Positions 29,478 through 39,866 of a DNA stretch of 64,000 nt are shown piece after piece. Made by a program: the position numbers and the translations under genes. Where the stretch lies: positions 283,212 through 347,211 of the forward strand of contig OZ245063.1 of the NCBI GenBank assembly GCA_965224805.1. The letters are read 5' to 3'. This DNA is from Robiginitomaculum sp. (lineage in GTDB: Bacteria > Pseudomonadota > Alphaproteobacteria > Caulobacterales > Maricaulaceae). Every line of letters begins with the position of its first letter. The first letter of the stretch is position 1. The notes under the pieces were generated by a model that worked only from the letters and a program-made list of their open reading frames with translations, was not told the DNA's origin and ran no database searches.

Positions 29478-29834
29478 ATGAAAAGTGCTAGAGAAAAAAT
29501 GCATAGCCGCGCCGCACGTGTGCGCCGTCGTTTAAAGAAAAATGCAAATGGACGTCCACGTTTGTCTGTATTTCGTAGTGGTAAAAACATTTCGGCTCAA
29601 ATCATTGATGATTTGAACGGTGTTACTTTGGCAAGTGCGTCCAGTTTGGAAAAAACTATGAAAAAATCCAAAGGTTCTGATGTGGCATCGGCAAGTGCCG
29701 TTGGCAAATTAATTGGCGAACGAGCTAAAAAAGCAGGTGTCGAAGATGTTGTGTTTGATCGCGGCGCCTATTTATTCCACGGCAGAGTGAAAGCTCTGGC
29801 AGATGCGGCCCGTGAGGCCGGACTTAAGTTTTAG
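29478..29834 (+). CDS. rplR: 50S ribosomal protein L18
   Basis: 118 aa. [20 protein letters not shown]...[26 protein letters not shown]. Confidence 0.97.
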   Translation: MKSAREKMHSRAARVRRRLKKNANGRPRLSVFRSGKNISAQIIDDLNGVTLASASSLEKTMKKSKGSDVASASAVGKLIGERAKKAGVEDVVFDRGAYLFHGRVKALADAAREAGLKF

Positions 29835-29843
29835 GAGACGCAT

Positions 29844-30422
29844 ATGGCTCGCCGTGATGATAATAATAAACGTGGACGTGACCGCGATGATGACAATGAA
29901 TTCATCGACAAGCTCGTACACATTAACCGTGTGGCGAAAACCGTAAAAGGTGGCCGCAATATGAGCTTTGCTGCTCTGGTTGTTGTTGGTGACGAAAAGG
30001 GACGTGTTGGTTTTGGCAAGGGTAAAGCCCGCGAAGTGCCAGAAGCTATTCGCAAGGCAACTGAAGTTGCCAAGAAAAGCATGATCCGCGTACCGCTTCG
30101 TGAAGGCCGGACTTTGCACCATGATTGCAAAGGTCGCCACGGCGCAGGTAAAGTAATTTTGCGTGCAGCACCTCCGGGTACTGGTGTGATTGCAGGTGGC
30201 CCAATGCGGGCTGTGCTTGAAACATTAGGTGTACAAGACGTTGTGACAAAATCGCAAGGCTCATCCAATCCGTATAACATGGTCCGGGCGACATTTGACG
30301 CGCTTAAACGTCAAGAAAGCCCACGGATGATTGCTGCCAAGCGTGGTAAAAAAGTGGGTGATTTGGTTGGACGTCGTAAAGACGGGGCATCTGCTCCTGA
30401 CGCCATTGCCGCAGAAGGGTAG
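29844..30422 (+). CDS. rpsE: 30S ribosomal protein S5
   Basis: 192 aa. [26 protein letters not shown]... Confidence 0.97.
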   Translation: MARRDDNNKRGRDRDDDNEFIDKLVHINRVAKTVKGGRNMSFAALVVVGDEKGRVGFGKGKAREVPEAIRKATEVAKKSMIRVPLREGRTLHHDCKGRHGAGKVILRAAPPGTGVIAGGPMRAVLETLGVQDVVTKSQGSSNPYNMVRATFDALKRQESPRMIAAKRGKKVGDLVGRRKDGASAPDAIAAEG

Positions 30423-30428
30423 ATTGAA

Positions 30429-30617
30429 ATGGCCGCTAAAAAAACTTTAATTGTTCGCCAAACAGGTAGCTCTACGCGCCGCCCTAAAGATCAGCATGCC
30501 ACATTGGTTGGCCTTGGTCTTGGGCGTATTGGCAAGCAAAAAACATTAGAAGATACACCATCAGTGCGCGGGATGATCCGCAAAGTTGCACATATGGTAG
30601 CTGTAGAAGGAGAATAG
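30429..30617 (+). CDS. rpmD: 50S ribosomal protein L30
   Basis: 62 aa. [25 protein letters not shown]. Confidence 0.95.
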   Translation: MAAKKTLIVRQTGSSTRRPKDQHATLVGLGLGRIGKQKTLEDTPSVRGMIRKVAHMVAVEGE

Positions 30618-30642
30618 CAAAAGCTATTCGTAGGAGAAGATC

Positions 30643-31689
30643 ATGCGTTTAAATGAGCTTAGTGACAATAAGGGGGCTGCCAAAGCCCGTCTTCGGGTTG
30701 GTCGTGGTATCGGTTCTGGCAAGGGCAAAACGGCTGGCCGTGGTGTCAAAGGACAAAAATCACGTTCTGGTGTATCTATTAACGGGTATGAAGGCGGCCA
30801 AATGCCGATTTATATGCGCCTGCCAAAGCGCGGCTTTAACAAGCCAAACCGCAAGAAATGGGCCGAGCTTTCTATTCGCCGCCTTGGTCAAGCCATTGAA
30901 GCTGGCGCTCTTGATTTGAAAAAAACTGTTGACGCAGAAGCTCTTGTGGCAGCTGGTGTGATCCGCCGCGAGCTTGACGGTGTGCGCCTTATTGGTGCTG
31001 GTAAAATTTCTGTGGCTGTAAACCTAACAATTGCTGGTGCAACTGCTGGTGCAACCAAAATTATTGAAAAAGCCAAAGGCTCTGTGAGCATTCTTGAAGT
31101 GAAAGCTGCGCCTCTACCATTGCGCGGCGCGCCAGAGAAAAAAGAAGCAAAACCACGTACGATTTCTAAGAAAAATGCAAAAATAGCTGCGGCAAGAGCA
31201 GGCGTTAAAACCGAAGCAAAGCCTGTAGCTAAAAAAGAAGCCGCATCTAAGAAAGCAGCTCCTAAAAAAGTAACTCCAAAAAAAGCAGCTCCAAAAAAAG
31301 CGGCTGAGAAAAAACCTGCAGCTAAGAAACCTGCAGTTAAGAAACCTGCTGCGAAAAAGGACGATGTTGCGCGTCATATTCCCTATTGGGAAGCGGTTCA
31401 AAAGTATGATGCCAAAGCGGACGAAGATGTTGTGCGTAAAATCGTTAATTATTGCGGAATTTCTTTGAACAGCCGCGACGGTAAATTCGTTGCCTGTACG
31501 GACGAAACAGAGCGCAACACTGTGCGGGACGGGTTTATAAAGAAAAAACTTGGGCTTAAGGGTGACGACGCTGATCTTGACGCGAAAGTCATGGCTGTAT
31601 GCGAGCAGATGAAAAAAGATCGTCTTAAAAACCGGGTTATCTTTTATTACTTGCTGGCTCAAAACGAGAAAATGCTGGGAGACCTTTAA
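30643..31689 (+). CDS. rplO: 50S ribosomal protein L15 fused to a Lys/Ala/Pro-rich repeat and a DUF2853-like domain
   Basis: 348-aa uninterrupted ORF. Residues 1 to about 152 are canonical L15 ([26 protein letters not shown]...[15 protein letters not shown]). Residues about 160-240 are KKAAPKK/KKPAAKK repeats. Residues about 243-348 ([27 protein letters not shown]...[12 protein letters not shown]...[14 protein letters not shown]) resemble stand-alone DUF2853 proteins. Confidence 0.9.
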   Translation: MRLNELSDNKGAAKARLRVGRGIGSGKGKTAGRGVKGQKSRSGVSINGYEGGQMPIYMRLPKRGFNKPNRKKWAELSIRRLGQAIEAGALDLKKTVDAEALVAAGVIRRELDGVRLIGAGKISVAVNLTIAGATAGATKIIEKAKGSVSILEVKAAPLPLRGAPEKKEAKPRTISKKNAKIAAARAGVKTEAKPVAKKEAASKKAAPKKVTPKKAAPKKAAEKKPAAKKPAVKKPAAKKDDVARHIPYWEAVQKYDAKADEDVVRKIVNYCGISLNSRDGKFVACTDETERNTVRDGFIKKKLGLKGDDADLDAKVMAVCEQMKKDRLKNRVIFYYLLAQNEKMLGDL

Positions 31690-31740
31690 AACAGCGGCTT
31701 GGCCCCCATATAGAGGGCTAGCTTCTTGTAAGGAAATATA

Positions 31741-33120
31741 ATGGCATCATCCACCGAACAATTTGCACAGAATTTAAGTTTCGGCACATTTGGCAAAGCC
31801 AAAGAATTGCAAAAACGTCTGTTGTTCACATTGATGGTGCTTGTCATTTACCGAATCGGGACATTTATTCCCGTTCCTGGTGTCGATATGGCCGCCTATA
31901 GCCAAGTCTTTGCGGCTGGCGGTAGTGGCGGTGGTGATGGCGGCGGCATGTTGTCACGGATGAATATGTTTTCTGGTGGTGCGGTTGAACGGATGGCAAT
32001 CTTTGCCCTCAATGTGATGCCCTATATTACCGCGTCTATCATTATGACATTGATGAAAGGCTCCATGCCGTCCTTAAAAGCACTTGAAAAAGAGGGCGCG
32101 CAGGGCACAAAGCAAATTAACCAATATACCCGCTACCTCACTGTATTCATTGCAGCTTTTCAGGCTTTTGGCATTGCCAGACTGCTCGAATCTCAAGGTT
32201 ATGTGATTAACCCAGGCTTGTTTTTTCAAGCCACTGCCGTGATATCTTTGGTTGGCGGCACGATGTTTTTGATGTGGCTAGGTGAGCAGGTAACCGCTCG
32301 CGGTATAGGCAATGGAGTGTCTTTGATTATTTTGGCAGGTATTATTGCCGAGCTTCCTAAAGCGATATTTCAAACCTTTAACCTCAATGAACAAGGTTCA
32401 TTATCTGGTTTTCTTATGCTGATCGTGCTTGCTATGTCTGTGGGCATCACCGTGCTAATTGTTTATGTGGAACGGGCCCAACGTCGTTTGTTGATCCAAT
32501 ATCCAAAACGGCAAACGGCAGGTGGCCAAATGGCAGGCGGGGAAAATTCATTTCTACCGCTTAAGCTTAATGCCGCTGGTGTGATCCCGCCAATTTTTGC
32601 CTCGTCACTTCTGATTTTACCTGCCACAGCAGGTGGGTTTTTCGTGGAAAGTGGCCCCGGTTGGGTGCGTACCATGCTTACTTATATTGGTTACGGTCAA
32701 CCATTATACCTCGTGCTCTATACACTCCTGATTATTTTCTTTTGTTTTTTCTATGTGCCTTATGTTTTCAAACCTGAGGACACTGCGGATAATCTGCGTC
32801 AGCACGGTGGTTTCTTGCCAGGTATTCGCCCGGGTAAACGGACGGAAGAATATCTGTCTTATGTGCTCAACCGTCTTACCTTTATTGGCGCCATATATGT
32901 TGCCTTTGTGTGTGTGATGCCTGAGTGGATTATTTCGCAAAATACCAATATCCCGCCAAGTGTGGCTATGCTTATTGGCGGTATGTCATTGCTCATCGTT
33001 GTCTCGGTAACTTTGGATACAGTCGCCCAAATTCAATCTCATCTTGTGGCCCATCAATATGAAGGCCTTATCAAGAAATCCCGTATGGGACGTCGCCGTA
33101 ATGCCAAGAAAAACAAATAG
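31741..33120 (+). CDS. secY: preprotein translocase subunit SecY
   Basis: 459 aa and multi-pass. It contains LLFTLMVLVIYRIGTFIPVPG, MFSGGA and LGEQVTARGIGNG. Confidence 0.97.
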   Translation: MASSTEQFAQNLSFGTFGKAKELQKRLLFTLMVLVIYRIGTFIPVPGVDMAAYSQVFAAGGSGGGDGGGMLSRMNMFSGGAVERMAIFALNVMPYITASIIMTLMKGSMPSLKALEKEGAQGTKQINQYTRYLTVFIAAFQAFGIARLLESQGYVINPGLFFQATAVISLVGGTMFLMWLGEQVTARGIGNGVSLIILAGIIAELPKAIFQTFNLNEQGSLSGFLMLIVLAMSVGITVLIVYVERAQRRLLIQYPKRQTAGGQMAGGENSFLPLKLNAAGVIPPIFASSLLILPATAGGFFVESGPGWVRTMLTYIGYGQPLYLVLYTLLIIFFCFFYVPYVFKPEDTADNLRQHGGFLPGIRPGKRTEEYLSYVLNRLTFIGAIYVAFVCVMPEWIISQNTNIPPSVAMLIGGMSLLIVVSVTLDTVAQIQSHLVAHQYEGLIKKSRMGRRRNAKKNK

Positions 33121-33126
33121 GAGGGG

Positions 33127-33753
33127 ATGATGAACATTGTATTATTCGGCCCACCAGCTGCGGGCAAAGGCACACAGGCAAAACTGATAACCGCAGAGCG
33201 TGGTTTGTTGCAGCTCTCAACTGGGGATATGTTGCGCGCCGCCCGTACATCAGGTTCAGAGCTTGGCAAAAAAGTTGCGGGTATTATGGATCGTGGCGAT
33301 TTGGTTTCTGACGAGATCGTTATTGCGCTTATTGAAGAACAACTCGACAATAACAAAGGCGCGCCGGGGTTTATTTTTGACGGATTTCCGCGCACTGTCG
33401 CACAAGCCAAAGCACTTGATGCCAGTTTGAAAATTCGCGACATGGACGTTGATTGCGTCGTGCGCCTGTGTGTTGATGATAAGGTATTGCTTGGGCGTAT
33501 TGAAAAACGCTTTGCTGATGAAGGGCGTAAGGATGATAATCCTGAAAGCTTCAAAATCAGGCTCGGCAATTACAATAAACAGACAGCACCTTTGCTGCCA
33601 TATTATGCAAAGCAAGGTAAATTAAGCGAAGTTGACGGGCTGGCCGATATTGAAACTGTGGCCCAATCTGTCGCAGTTGTGCTGAGCACGATAGAAAAGA
33701 GCAAGGCAGGGGCCAAAGCCTCGTTTTGGAAGAGAATTTTTGGCCTCAAATAG
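33127..33753 (+). CDS. adk: adenylate kinase (short-lid type)
   Basis: 208 aa with the P-loop GPPAAGKGTQA, then LSTGDMLR and FDGFPRT. Confidence 0.95.
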   Translation: MMNIVLFGPPAAGKGTQAKLITAERGLLQLSTGDMLRAARTSGSELGKKVAGIMDRGDLVSDEIVIALIEEQLDNNKGAPGFIFDGFPRTVAQAKALDASLKIRDMDVDCVVRLCVDDKVLLGRIEKRFADEGRKDDNPESFKIRLGNYNKQTAPLLPYYAKQGKLSEVDGLADIETVAQSVAVVLSTIEKSKAGAKASFWKRIFGLK

Positions 33754-33789
33754 AGGTGAGAATAATTGGTGTTTAGGGCAATTGTGAGG

Positions 33790-33818
33790 TTGACCTAGGC
33801 GCGGATAAGGATATAAAT
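33790..33818 (+). promoter_or_regulatory. sigma-70-like promoter for the alpha operon
   Basis: TTGACC (33790-33795), 16-17 nt spacer, TATAAAT (33812-33818), about 90 nt upstream of rpsM. Confidence 0.45.
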
Positions 33819-33907
33819 AGCCGCTTTCGCGGAAATCAATTGATACCCGTGCTTTTTGTTATGGAAGCAGGGCGGGTCGGCGAATTTGAAATTTAAGGAG
33901 AGGCCTT

Positions 33908-34279
33908 GTGGCACGGATTGCAGGTGTAAATATACCAACAAATAAGCGCGTAGAAATTGCGCTGACATATATTCATGGAGTCGGCCCAGCCGTCTCGCAA
34001 AAAATTTGCGAAACTCTCGGAATTACCCGTGAGCGCCGCGTGCAGGATTTGACCGACGCGGAAGTGTTGCAAATTCGCGAAGCGGTAACGGGCGGTGATT
34101 TCTTGGTTGAGGGTGATCTTCGCCGCGAAGTGTCTATGAATATCAAACGCTTGATGGATATGGGTAATTACAGAGGCCTGCGTCATCGCCGTGGTCTGCC
34201 CGTACGTGGACAACGCACACATACAAATGCGCGTACGCGCAAAGGTCCAGCCAGAGCAATTGCTGGCAAGAAGAAATAG
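33908..34279 (+). CDS. rpsM: 30S ribosomal protein S13
   Basis: GTG start after [24 protein letters not shown]. Confidence 0.97.
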   Translation: MARIAGVNIPTNKRVEIALTYIHGVGPAVSQKICETLGITRERRVQDLTDAEVLQIREAVTGGDFLVEGDLRREVSMNIKRLMDMGNYRGLRHRRGLPVRGQRTHTNARTRKGPARAIAGKKK

Positions 34280-34294
34280 GGTAGGTAGAAAAGA

Positions 34295-34684
34295 ATGGCT
34301 AAAGAACCGGGTCGCGTCCGCCGCGCCGATCGTAAGAATATCACCTCTGGTATTGCTCACGTCAATTCAACATTTAATAACACCATGATTACCATTGCCG
34401 ATATTCAAGGCAACACAATCGCGTGGTGCTCTGCTGGTGCAATGGGCTTTAAAGGCTCACGTAAATCCACACCATATGCAGCCCAAGTTGCGGCCGAAGA
34501 AGTTGCGCGCAAAGCGCAAGATCACGGCATGCAAACACTGGAAATCAATGTAAACGGCCCAGGTTCTGGCCGCGAAAGTGCTGTACGTGCTTTGCAGGCT
34601 GCTGGTTTGACCATTACAACCATTCGCGACGTTACGCCTATTCCGCACAATGGCTGTCGTCCACCTAAACGCCGCCGCGTATAA
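34295..34684 (+). CDS. rpsK: 30S ribosomal protein S11
   Basis: 129 aa. [18 protein letters not shown]...[16 protein letters not shown]. Confidence 0.97.
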   Translation: MAKEPGRVRRADRKNITSGIAHVNSTFNNTMITIADIQGNTIAWCSAGAMGFKGSRKSTPYAAQVAAEEVARKAQDHGMQTLEINVNGPGSGRESAVRALQAAGLTITTIRDVTPIPHNGCRPPKRRRV

Positions 34685-34746
34685 TAATATGTTCGGTCGC
34701 CCCCACGTTGTGGGCTTGACCAAAACCTTTAATTAAGAGGTCCAAA

Positions 34747-35763
34747 GTGATTGAAAAAAATTGGCAAGAATTGATCCGCCCTATTAACCCAGATGTTGAG
34801 CCGGGTCGTATACCTGAGCGTCAAGCGTCTATTATAGCCGAGCCCCTAGAGCGCGGCTTTGGTATGACCATTGGTAATGCGCTTCGCCGTGTGTTGTTGT
34901 CGTCCTTGCAAGGTGCGGCTGTGACAGCTGTGCAAATTGACGGGGTTGTCCATGAATTCACATCCATCCCAGGCGTGCTTGAAGACGTAACCAATATTGT
35001 GCTTAACTTAAAAGGTTTGGCTGTGCGTATGCATTCAGACCGCCCCGCCCGTTTGCTCCTCAAAAAATCTGGTGCTGGTGTTGTGACGGGTGCAGATATT
35101 GAAGAAACAGCAGACGTTGAAATTTTAAACCCTGACCATGTAATTTGTACAATGGACGAGGATGCTGACTTGCGCATGGAGCTGACCGTTTCTACGGGTA
35201 AAGGTTATGTGGCAGCAGCTGATAACCGCCCTGAAGACGCACCGATTGGCCTGATTTCTATTGACGCGCTTTATAGCCCCGTTACACGGGTTGCCTACCG
35301 CGTTGAAGATACACGCGAAGGTCAAGTGCTTGATTTTGATAAATTGATTATTGATATTGAAACTAACGGCGCAGTGACGCCAGAAGACGCTGTTGCTGTT
35401 GCAGCGCGTATTTTGCAAGACCAGTTCCAAGTGTTTGTTAACTTTGACGATCCAGAAGATGCAGGTCGCGGCGACGAGAAACCAGAACTTGACTTTAATC
35501 CTGCTCTCCTGCGTAAAGTTGACGAGCTTGAACTGTCTGTACGTTCAGCAAATTGTCTGAAAAACGACAATATTGTTTATATTGGTGATTTGATCCAGAA
35601 ATCAGAAGCAGAAATGCTCCGTACACCAAACTTTGGTCGTAAGTCACTTAACGAAATTAAAGAAGTTCTGGCGGCTATGGGTCTACATCTTGGGATGGAC
35701 GCTCCAAATTGGCCGCCTGAAAATATCGAAGAACTTGCTAAAAAATATGACGATCAGTTTTAA
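34747..35763 (+). CDS. rpoA: DNA-directed RNA polymerase subunit alpha
   Basis: GTG start. 338 aa. [12 protein letters not shown]...[11 protein letters not shown]...[12 protein letters not shown]. Confidence 0.97.
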   Translation: MIEKNWQELIRPINPDVEPGRIPERQASIIAEPLERGFGMTIGNALRRVLLSSLQGAAVTAVQIDGVVHEFTSIPGVLEDVTNIVLNLKGLAVRMHSDRPARLLLKKSGAGVVTGADIEETADVEILNPDHVICTMDEDADLRMELTVSTGKGYVAAADNRPEDAPIGLISIDALYSPVTRVAYRVEDTREGQVLDFDKLIIDIETNGAVTPEDAVAVAARILQDQFQVFVNFDDPEDAGRGDEKPELDFNPALLRKVDELELSVRSANCLKNDNIVYIGDLIQKSEAEMLRTPNFGRKSLNEIKEVLAAMGLHLGMDAPNWPPENIEELAKKYDDQF

Positions 35764-35792
35764 TTTAAACTGACAAAAGAAGGAATATCGCC

Positions 35793-36212
35793 ATGCGCCA
35801 CCGCATTGCCCACCGTAAACTCAATAAAACAGCTTCGCACCGCAAAGCTATGTTTGCCAATATGTCTGCGAGCTTAATCGAGCACGAACAAATTGTCACA
35901 ACTTTGCCAAAAGCCAAAGAATTGCGCCCATTTGTTGAAAAACTTATTACGCTTGCCAAAAAAGGCGATTTAGGCTCGCGCCGCATTGCCATTGCCCGCA
36001 CGCGCGATAAAGAAATGACTAAGAAATTATTCGCAGTGCTCGGCCCGCGCTACAAAGACCGTTCTGGTGGATATTGTCGTGTGCTTAAGGCTGGTTACCG
36101 CTACGGGGACAATGCACCGATGGCTGTCATTGAATTTGTTGACCGCGACGAAGCGGCCAAAGGTGCGGGTGACCGTGCTCGTGTTGCTGCTGCAGAAGCT
36201 GCTGACGCATAA
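35793..36212 (+). CDS. rplQ: 50S ribosomal protein L17
   Basis: 139 aa. [24 protein letters not shown]. Confidence 0.97.
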   Translation: MRHRIAHRKLNKTASHRKAMFANMSASLIEHEQIVTTLPKAKELRPFVEKLITLAKKGDLGSRRIAIARTRDKEMTKKLFAVLGPRYKDRSGGYCRVLKAGYRYGDNAPMAVIEFVDRDEAAKGAGDRARVAAAEAADA

Positions 36213-36245
36213 AAATCCGACAAAATTGTCAATATATAACTGCAT

Positions 36246-36272
36246 AAACCCGTCCACATTAGCGGGTTTTTT
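36246..36272 (+). terminator. rho-independent terminator ending the ribosomal super-operon
   Basis: AAACCCGtccacattagCGGGTTTTTTG. Confidence 0.7.
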
Positions 36273-36326
36273 GCTATTATAGGCTTAGTGTGTCATATGT
36301 GCACAAGGTTACTTAAGGAGGTTCGT

Positions 36327-36761
36327 GTGGGATCTTTATTAAAATCAGTGTTAATAGCCAGTGTTCTGGTGGGATTTAGCCCCGCCGCATTTGCAGATAC
36401 AAGCCCAACATTATTGATAGAAACAGGGCCAAGTGATAATCCTAGCTACCGCCGCATGGTCAGTATTAAATACTTATCGGGCACACTGGTAACAGCAAAT
36501 TATAAAGCTTATAACCGCCGTGAATTTATCAATACGCCCAATACAACGCCGAGTGATAAAATTTCAGCTTGCGCACGCGGACAAGCCACATCTTTGCGCG
36601 ATATCAAGTCGTTCGAAGAGGATGAAAATAGGCGTTCGCGTAGTGGGCAAGCCCCAGAGAGCCGCACATTTTGTATAAAAAATATTAAAAACTGGACGCA
36701 AAAAAACAAAGATATCTACCTAGACCCAATTTTTGATTCTATGCCGTATTTGGCGAAATAA
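36327..36761 (+). CDS. hypothetical secreted protein
   Basis: GTG 36327 lies 5 nt after AAGGAGG. The product has a signal peptide (LLKSVLIASVLVGFSPAAFA). No family recognised. Confidence 0.55.
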   Translation: MGSLLKSVLIASVLVGFSPAAFADTSPTLLIETGPSDNPSYRRMVSIKYLSGTLVTANYKAYNRREFINTPNTTPSDKISACARGQATSLRDIKSFEEDENRRSRSGQAPESRTFCIKNIKNWTQKNKDIYLDPIFDSMPYLAK

Positions 36762-36783
36762 GTATATTTTTGAAATACCATAT

Positions 36784-36904
36784 CCCCTCACCGCGCTGCC
36801 GCGCACCTCTCCCTAAAGGAGAGGTTAGGCTTGTGTTCTCCAAGGAAGCCTAGCTTCCTCACCTCTCCTTTGGGGAGAGGTCGAGCTTTAGATCGGGTGA
36901 GGGG
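36784..36904. repeat. nested palindromic REP/MITE-like element
   Basis: Outer inverted repeat CCCCTCACC (36784-36792) / GGTGAGGGG (36896-36904) encloses three hairpins: CCTCTCCctaaaGGAGAGG (36806-36824), GGAAGCctaGCTTCC (36844-36858) and CCTCTCCtttggGGAGAGG (36862-36880). Confidence 0.7.
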
Positions 36905-37116
36905 TTAGTGTGTATGAAACTTACGTGTCACAGTTTTCTATCTACTCCACGCTCTTCAAAGCTTGTCTATAGTGAAACTGTTCCCCGACTTTTGGCATCA
37001 AGTCTATGTAGGTTGCGGAGGGGTGTGCCTAAGGCTTATGTTCAAATTACATTAAAAAAACCTCATACATGTGGGTAGGGGTTTCATTTACGGGAATTAA
37101 TCCCTACATTGAGCAT

Positions 37117-38532
37117 ATGAAAAAATATTTTCTTTCGTTTTTAAGTGGCGCACTTGTGCTGGGCTTGGCTGTTTACCCGCGTAATATGCATAGCGTACAG
37201 GCCGCACCAATCCTCAATAACCCTGCAGCAGTTGTTCCCCATAACGCCGCGCAAATGAAAATGTCATTTGCGCCTGTAGTTAAAGAAACAGCACCCGCGG
37301 TAGTCAATGTCTATACGTCGCGCAAAGTTGTGCGCCAAGTTGACCCGTTTTTTTCGTTCTTTGGCAGAGGTGTTCCGCGTGAACGTACCGAGCGGTCTTT
37401 AGGCTCTGGCGTTATCGTGCGCTCGAACGGCGTCATCGTCACCAATGCACATGTGGTTAAAGGCGCGCAAGAATTGAGCGTTGTTTTAAATGATAGACGC
37501 GAATTTAAAGCAAAAATTATCGCCCAAGACGCAGAATCTGATTTGGCTATATTACAAATTGATACCAAGGGCGAACGCTTGCCAGTCCTGCCAATTGATG
37601 AAGCCAATTCTTTGGAAGTTGGCGATATCGTATTGGCCATTGGCAATCCTTTTGGCGTAGGGCAGACGGTGACCAGTGGTATTGTTTCAGCTCTAGGTCG
37701 TACACAAGTTTCGGATTTAGCATCATTTATTCAAACTGACGCAGCGGTAAATCCTGGCAATTCTGGCGGGGCGCTTGTGGATATGGACGGGCAGTTGGTT
37801 GGGGTTAATACGGCTATATTCTCGCGCTCTGGAGGCTCTAATGGCATCGGATTTGCCATTCCTGGCGTATTGGTAAAACGGGTTGTTGATAGTGCGTTGA
37901 CGGACGGTAAAATTGTCCGCCCTTGGATCGGTGCGCGTACACAGGGCGTTAATGCTGTGATGGCAGACGCGCTTGGACTTGACCGTCCGCGCGGGGCCAT
38001 CATTGACGAAATATACCCGAAAGGGCCTGCCGATAAAGCGGGACTTAAACGCCGAGACGTAATTTTATCCATAGACGGCACGGATATTTTTGATGATAGT
38101 GGTCTGCGATTTAAACTGGCAACCTTTGCCCGAGGGCATAAAGCTAAGGTCAATATCTGGCGGGATGGTAAGATAAAAACCCTATCAGTGCGCGCCGATA
38201 CTCCCAAAGAATTTCCACAACGTGACGAGATTGTCTTGGACGGTACAAACCCGCTAGGCGGTTTAAAAGTTGTCAATATGTCACCCGCTTTGGCAGAGGA
38301 AATGGACTTTGATCCCTTTACTACAGGTGTGGTTGTTAGTGCGCTTTCACGGGGTAGTCTATCTGCCCGTTATCGTTTTCGCCCTGGCGACATTATTTTG
38401 GGCATTATGGACGTGGACATCACCAATACGCAGCAACTACAAGACGCACTCGATGAACATGATAGCGTTAGCGATTGGACATTGACCCTAGAGCGCAATG
38501 GACGGGTGAGTAAAACCCGCATACGGTTTTAA
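37117..38532 (+). CDS. degP: Do/DegP/HtrA-family periplasmic serine endoprotease with two PDZ domains
   Basis: ATG 37117 gives a signal peptide. The catalytic triad contexts are TNAHVV, DLAIL and GNSGGAL. Confidence 0.9.
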   Translation: MKKYFLSFLSGALVLGLAVYPRNMHSVQAAPILNNPAAVVPHNAAQMKMSFAPVVKETAPAVVNVYTSRKVVRQVDPFFSFFGRGVPRERTERSLGSGVIVRSNGVIVTNAHVVKGAQELSVVLNDRREFKAKIIAQDAESDLAILQIDTKGERLPVLPIDEANSLEVGDIVLAIGNPFGVGQTVTSGIVSALGRTQVSDLASFIQTDAAVNPGNSGGALVDMDGQLVGVNTAIFSRSGGSNGIGFAIPGVLVKRVVDSALTDGKIVRPWIGARTQGVNAVMADALGLDRPRGAIIDEIYPKGPADKAGLKRRDVILSIDGTDIFDDSGLRFKLATFARGHKAKVNIWRDGKIKTLSVRADTPKEFPQRDEIVLDGTNPLGGLKVVNMSPALAEEMDFDPFTTGVVVSALSRGSLSARYRFRPGDIILGIMDVDITNTQQLQDALDEHDSVSDWTLTLERNGRVSKTRIRF

Positions 38533-38567
38533 TATCCTCGTCGTCTAAAACAGGTTATACGGGGTGT

Positions 38568-39863
38568 ATGAATACACTTTTTACCTCGGCGGGCCTTGCA
38601 GACAATACCCCGCGACCCTTAGCAGATAAATTACGCCCCGCAGAGATTAACGAGGTCGTTGGACAAGATCATTTGCTTGGTGCCGCCGCGCCTATTGGTC
38701 GTATGCTGAAATCTGGGCGTTTGGCCTCGATGATACTGTGGGGGCCGCCAGGGGTTGGCAAAACCACTATAGCGCGCTTGATTGCTCAATATGCGGATAT
38801 GGAATTTGTGCAATTATCTGCTGTGTTCTCTGGCGTTGCCGATCTGCGCAAAGTGTTTGAAGCTGCGAAAATACAAAGGGAAAGTGGTCGGGCAACACTA
38901 TTATTTGTAGACGAAATCCACCGTTTTAACCGTGCTCAACAAGACGGTTTCCTGCCCTATGTTGAAGCAGGGGTCGTCACACTGATCGGGGCAACAACGG
39001 AAAACCCATCGTTTGAGCTGAACGGGGCGTTGCTCTCGCGTGCGCAAGTGTTTGTCCTCAAAAGATTAGGCGAAGTTGCGCAAAATGAATTGTTATCACG
39101 AGCGGAAAAAACACTTGATAAAAAACTACCGATTACGAAAGACGGGCGCGAAACCCTAATCGGTTATGCGGACGGGGACGGGCGGTATTTGCTCAATTTG
39201 GCAGAAGAATTATTTGCACTGTCGCCTAAAAAACCACTTGGCAGTAAAGCGGTTGCCAAGCATTTACAAAAACGCAGCCCTGCTTATGACAAAAACAAAG
39301 ACGAGCATTATAATATTATTTCTGCCCTGCATAAATCCATTCGCGGTTCTGATCCAGACGCGGCCTTGTATTGGCTTGCGCGCATGCTCACGGGCGGGGA
39401 AGACCCGCTTTATATTGCAAGGCGTCTGATCCGCTTGGCCAGTGAGGACATTGGCCTGGCCGACCCCCTTGCTCTCATGCTCGCCAATGAAGCGATGAAT
39501 ACATATCGGTTTTTAGGCTCTCCTGAAGGGGAGTTAGCAATAGCCCACGCCGTTGTACATATGGCAACTGCGCCAAAATCAAATGCTGTTTACACAGCCT
39601 TTAAAGCGGCTATGCAGGCCGCAAAAAAAACGGGATCATTGATGCCGCCAGCCCATATCTTAAATGCGCCAACAAAGATGATGAAAGAGCTGGGTTACGG
39701 CAAGGGTTATGCTTATGACCACGACACCGAAACAGGGTTCTCTGGACAAAACTATTTTCCAGACGGTATGGCGCGGGAACAGTTTTACACCCCCAAGGGT
39801 GAGGGACGGGAAAAAGAAATTAAAGCGAGGCTTGAGAGATGGGCTAAGTTGCGCAGTGATTAA
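38568..39863 (+). CDS. rarA: replication-associated recombination protein A (RarA/MgsA)
   Basis: 431 aa. GPPGVGKTT, LFVDEIHRFN, ATTENPSF and HKSIRGSDPDAALYWLARML. Confidence 0.92.
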   Translation: MNTLFTSAGLADNTPRPLADKLRPAEINEVVGQDHLLGAAAPIGRMLKSGRLASMILWGPPGVGKTTIARLIAQYADMEFVQLSAVFSGVADLRKVFEAAKIQRESGRATLLFVDEIHRFNRAQQDGFLPYVEAGVVTLIGATTENPSFELNGALLSRAQVFVLKRLGEVAQNELLSRAEKTLDKKLPITKDGRETLIGYADGDGRYLLNLAEELFALSPKKPLGSKAVAKHLQKRSPAYDKNKDEHYNIISALHKSIRGSDPDAALYWLARMLTGGEDPLYIARRLIRLASEDIGLADPLALMLANEAMNTYRFLGSPEGELAIAHAVVHMATAPKSNAVYTAFKAAMQAAKKTGSLMPPAHILNAPTKMMKELGYGKGYAYDHDTETGFSGQNYFPDGMAREQFYTPKGEGREKEIKARLERWAKLRSD

Positions 39864-39866
39864 CTG

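Noticed and set aside
31114-31662. 182-aa ORF antisense to the L15 extension ([17 protein letters not shown]...)
   Set aside because: Its Phe/Ser/Cys-rich repeats are simply the reverse complement of the Lys/Ala/Pro codon repeats in the sense ORF. The sense frame continues from canonical L15.
31900-31990. Gly-rich insertion in SecY (AAGGSGGGDGGGMLSRMNMF)
   Set aside because: It precedes the conserved MFSGGA plug-region motif, where length variation is common. I judged it normal lineage variation rather than a feature.
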